From Enoplolaimus lenunculus (taxonomy: Eukaryota): a stretch of DNA of 64,000 nt. The notes under the pieces are model-generated. The model saw only the letters and a list, made by a program, of their open reading frames with translations, did no database searches and was not told the origin of the DNA. Made by a program: the position numbers and the translations under genes. The stretch is taken from contig JASANG010003696.1 in assembly GCA_030248215.1 (NCBI GenBank), forward strand, positions 1 through 64,000, written 5' to 3'. Below, in pieces: positions 63,766 to 64,000 of this stretch; positions within the stretch are counted from its first letter, which is position 1; the number at the start of each line of letters is the position of its first letter.

Positions 63766-64000
63766 GTGAGTTCTTAGTTCGAGTTTTTGTTTATTATGCA
63801 CGGTTCACAATAATTTTGGCAAATTGCGTTCAAGAAATGACCATGTGTTTAAACTTGCGTGAGATAATTGTTAGTTTTCAGGAAACCTTTATAACGCTAT
63901 TTAGTTATTTAACTTCATCAGTAATCACAGTTTTAGCTTTAGAACTTTTAAACATAAGAAATATTTTCATTTAAAACAGAAATTCGAAAATGACTAGCGA

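Noticed and set aside
1..64000. Autonomous transposase, reverse transcriptase or Rep/helicase gene
   Set aside because: No ORF with such motifs was seen. All elements here appear non-autonomous.

Overview
AT-rich, intron-rich eukaryotic (animal) genomic DNA; abundant TTAGGC repeats and TTTCAG-type acceptors suggest a nematode (inference, not proven). I assembled five multi-exon genes by hand from GT-AG junctions with consistent phases: a RASD/Rhes/Di-Ras-like small GTPase (+, 20194-23806), a very divergent ionotropic glutamate-receptor/IR-like channel without an amino-terminal domain (-, 30563-24085), a Trunk/PTTH/Noggin-like cystine-knot ligand (+, 34889-40133, 5' end unresolved), a SWEET/SLC50A1 sugar transporter (-, 47870-41225) and a C2H2 zinc-finger gene (+, from 58436, 3' end unresolved). 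Non-coding DNA is dominated by repeats: an 18-bp satellite with a ~604-bp higher-order repeat (1-3130), a GC-rich 20-bp minisatellite apparently expanded inside a dispersed element, a 27-bp CCAAT-box array just upstream of the SWEET start, and many MITE families. The most striking signal is ~28 full or partial copies of two related 150-280-bp MITE families with GG..CC termini and 8-bp target duplications (Merlin-like) whose interiors are modular blocks of the telomere hexamer TTAGGC; they occupy 4.4-45 kb and are absent from the last ~15 kb. Most of the supplied ORFs are artefacts of these repeats. All coordinates and counts were read by eye.
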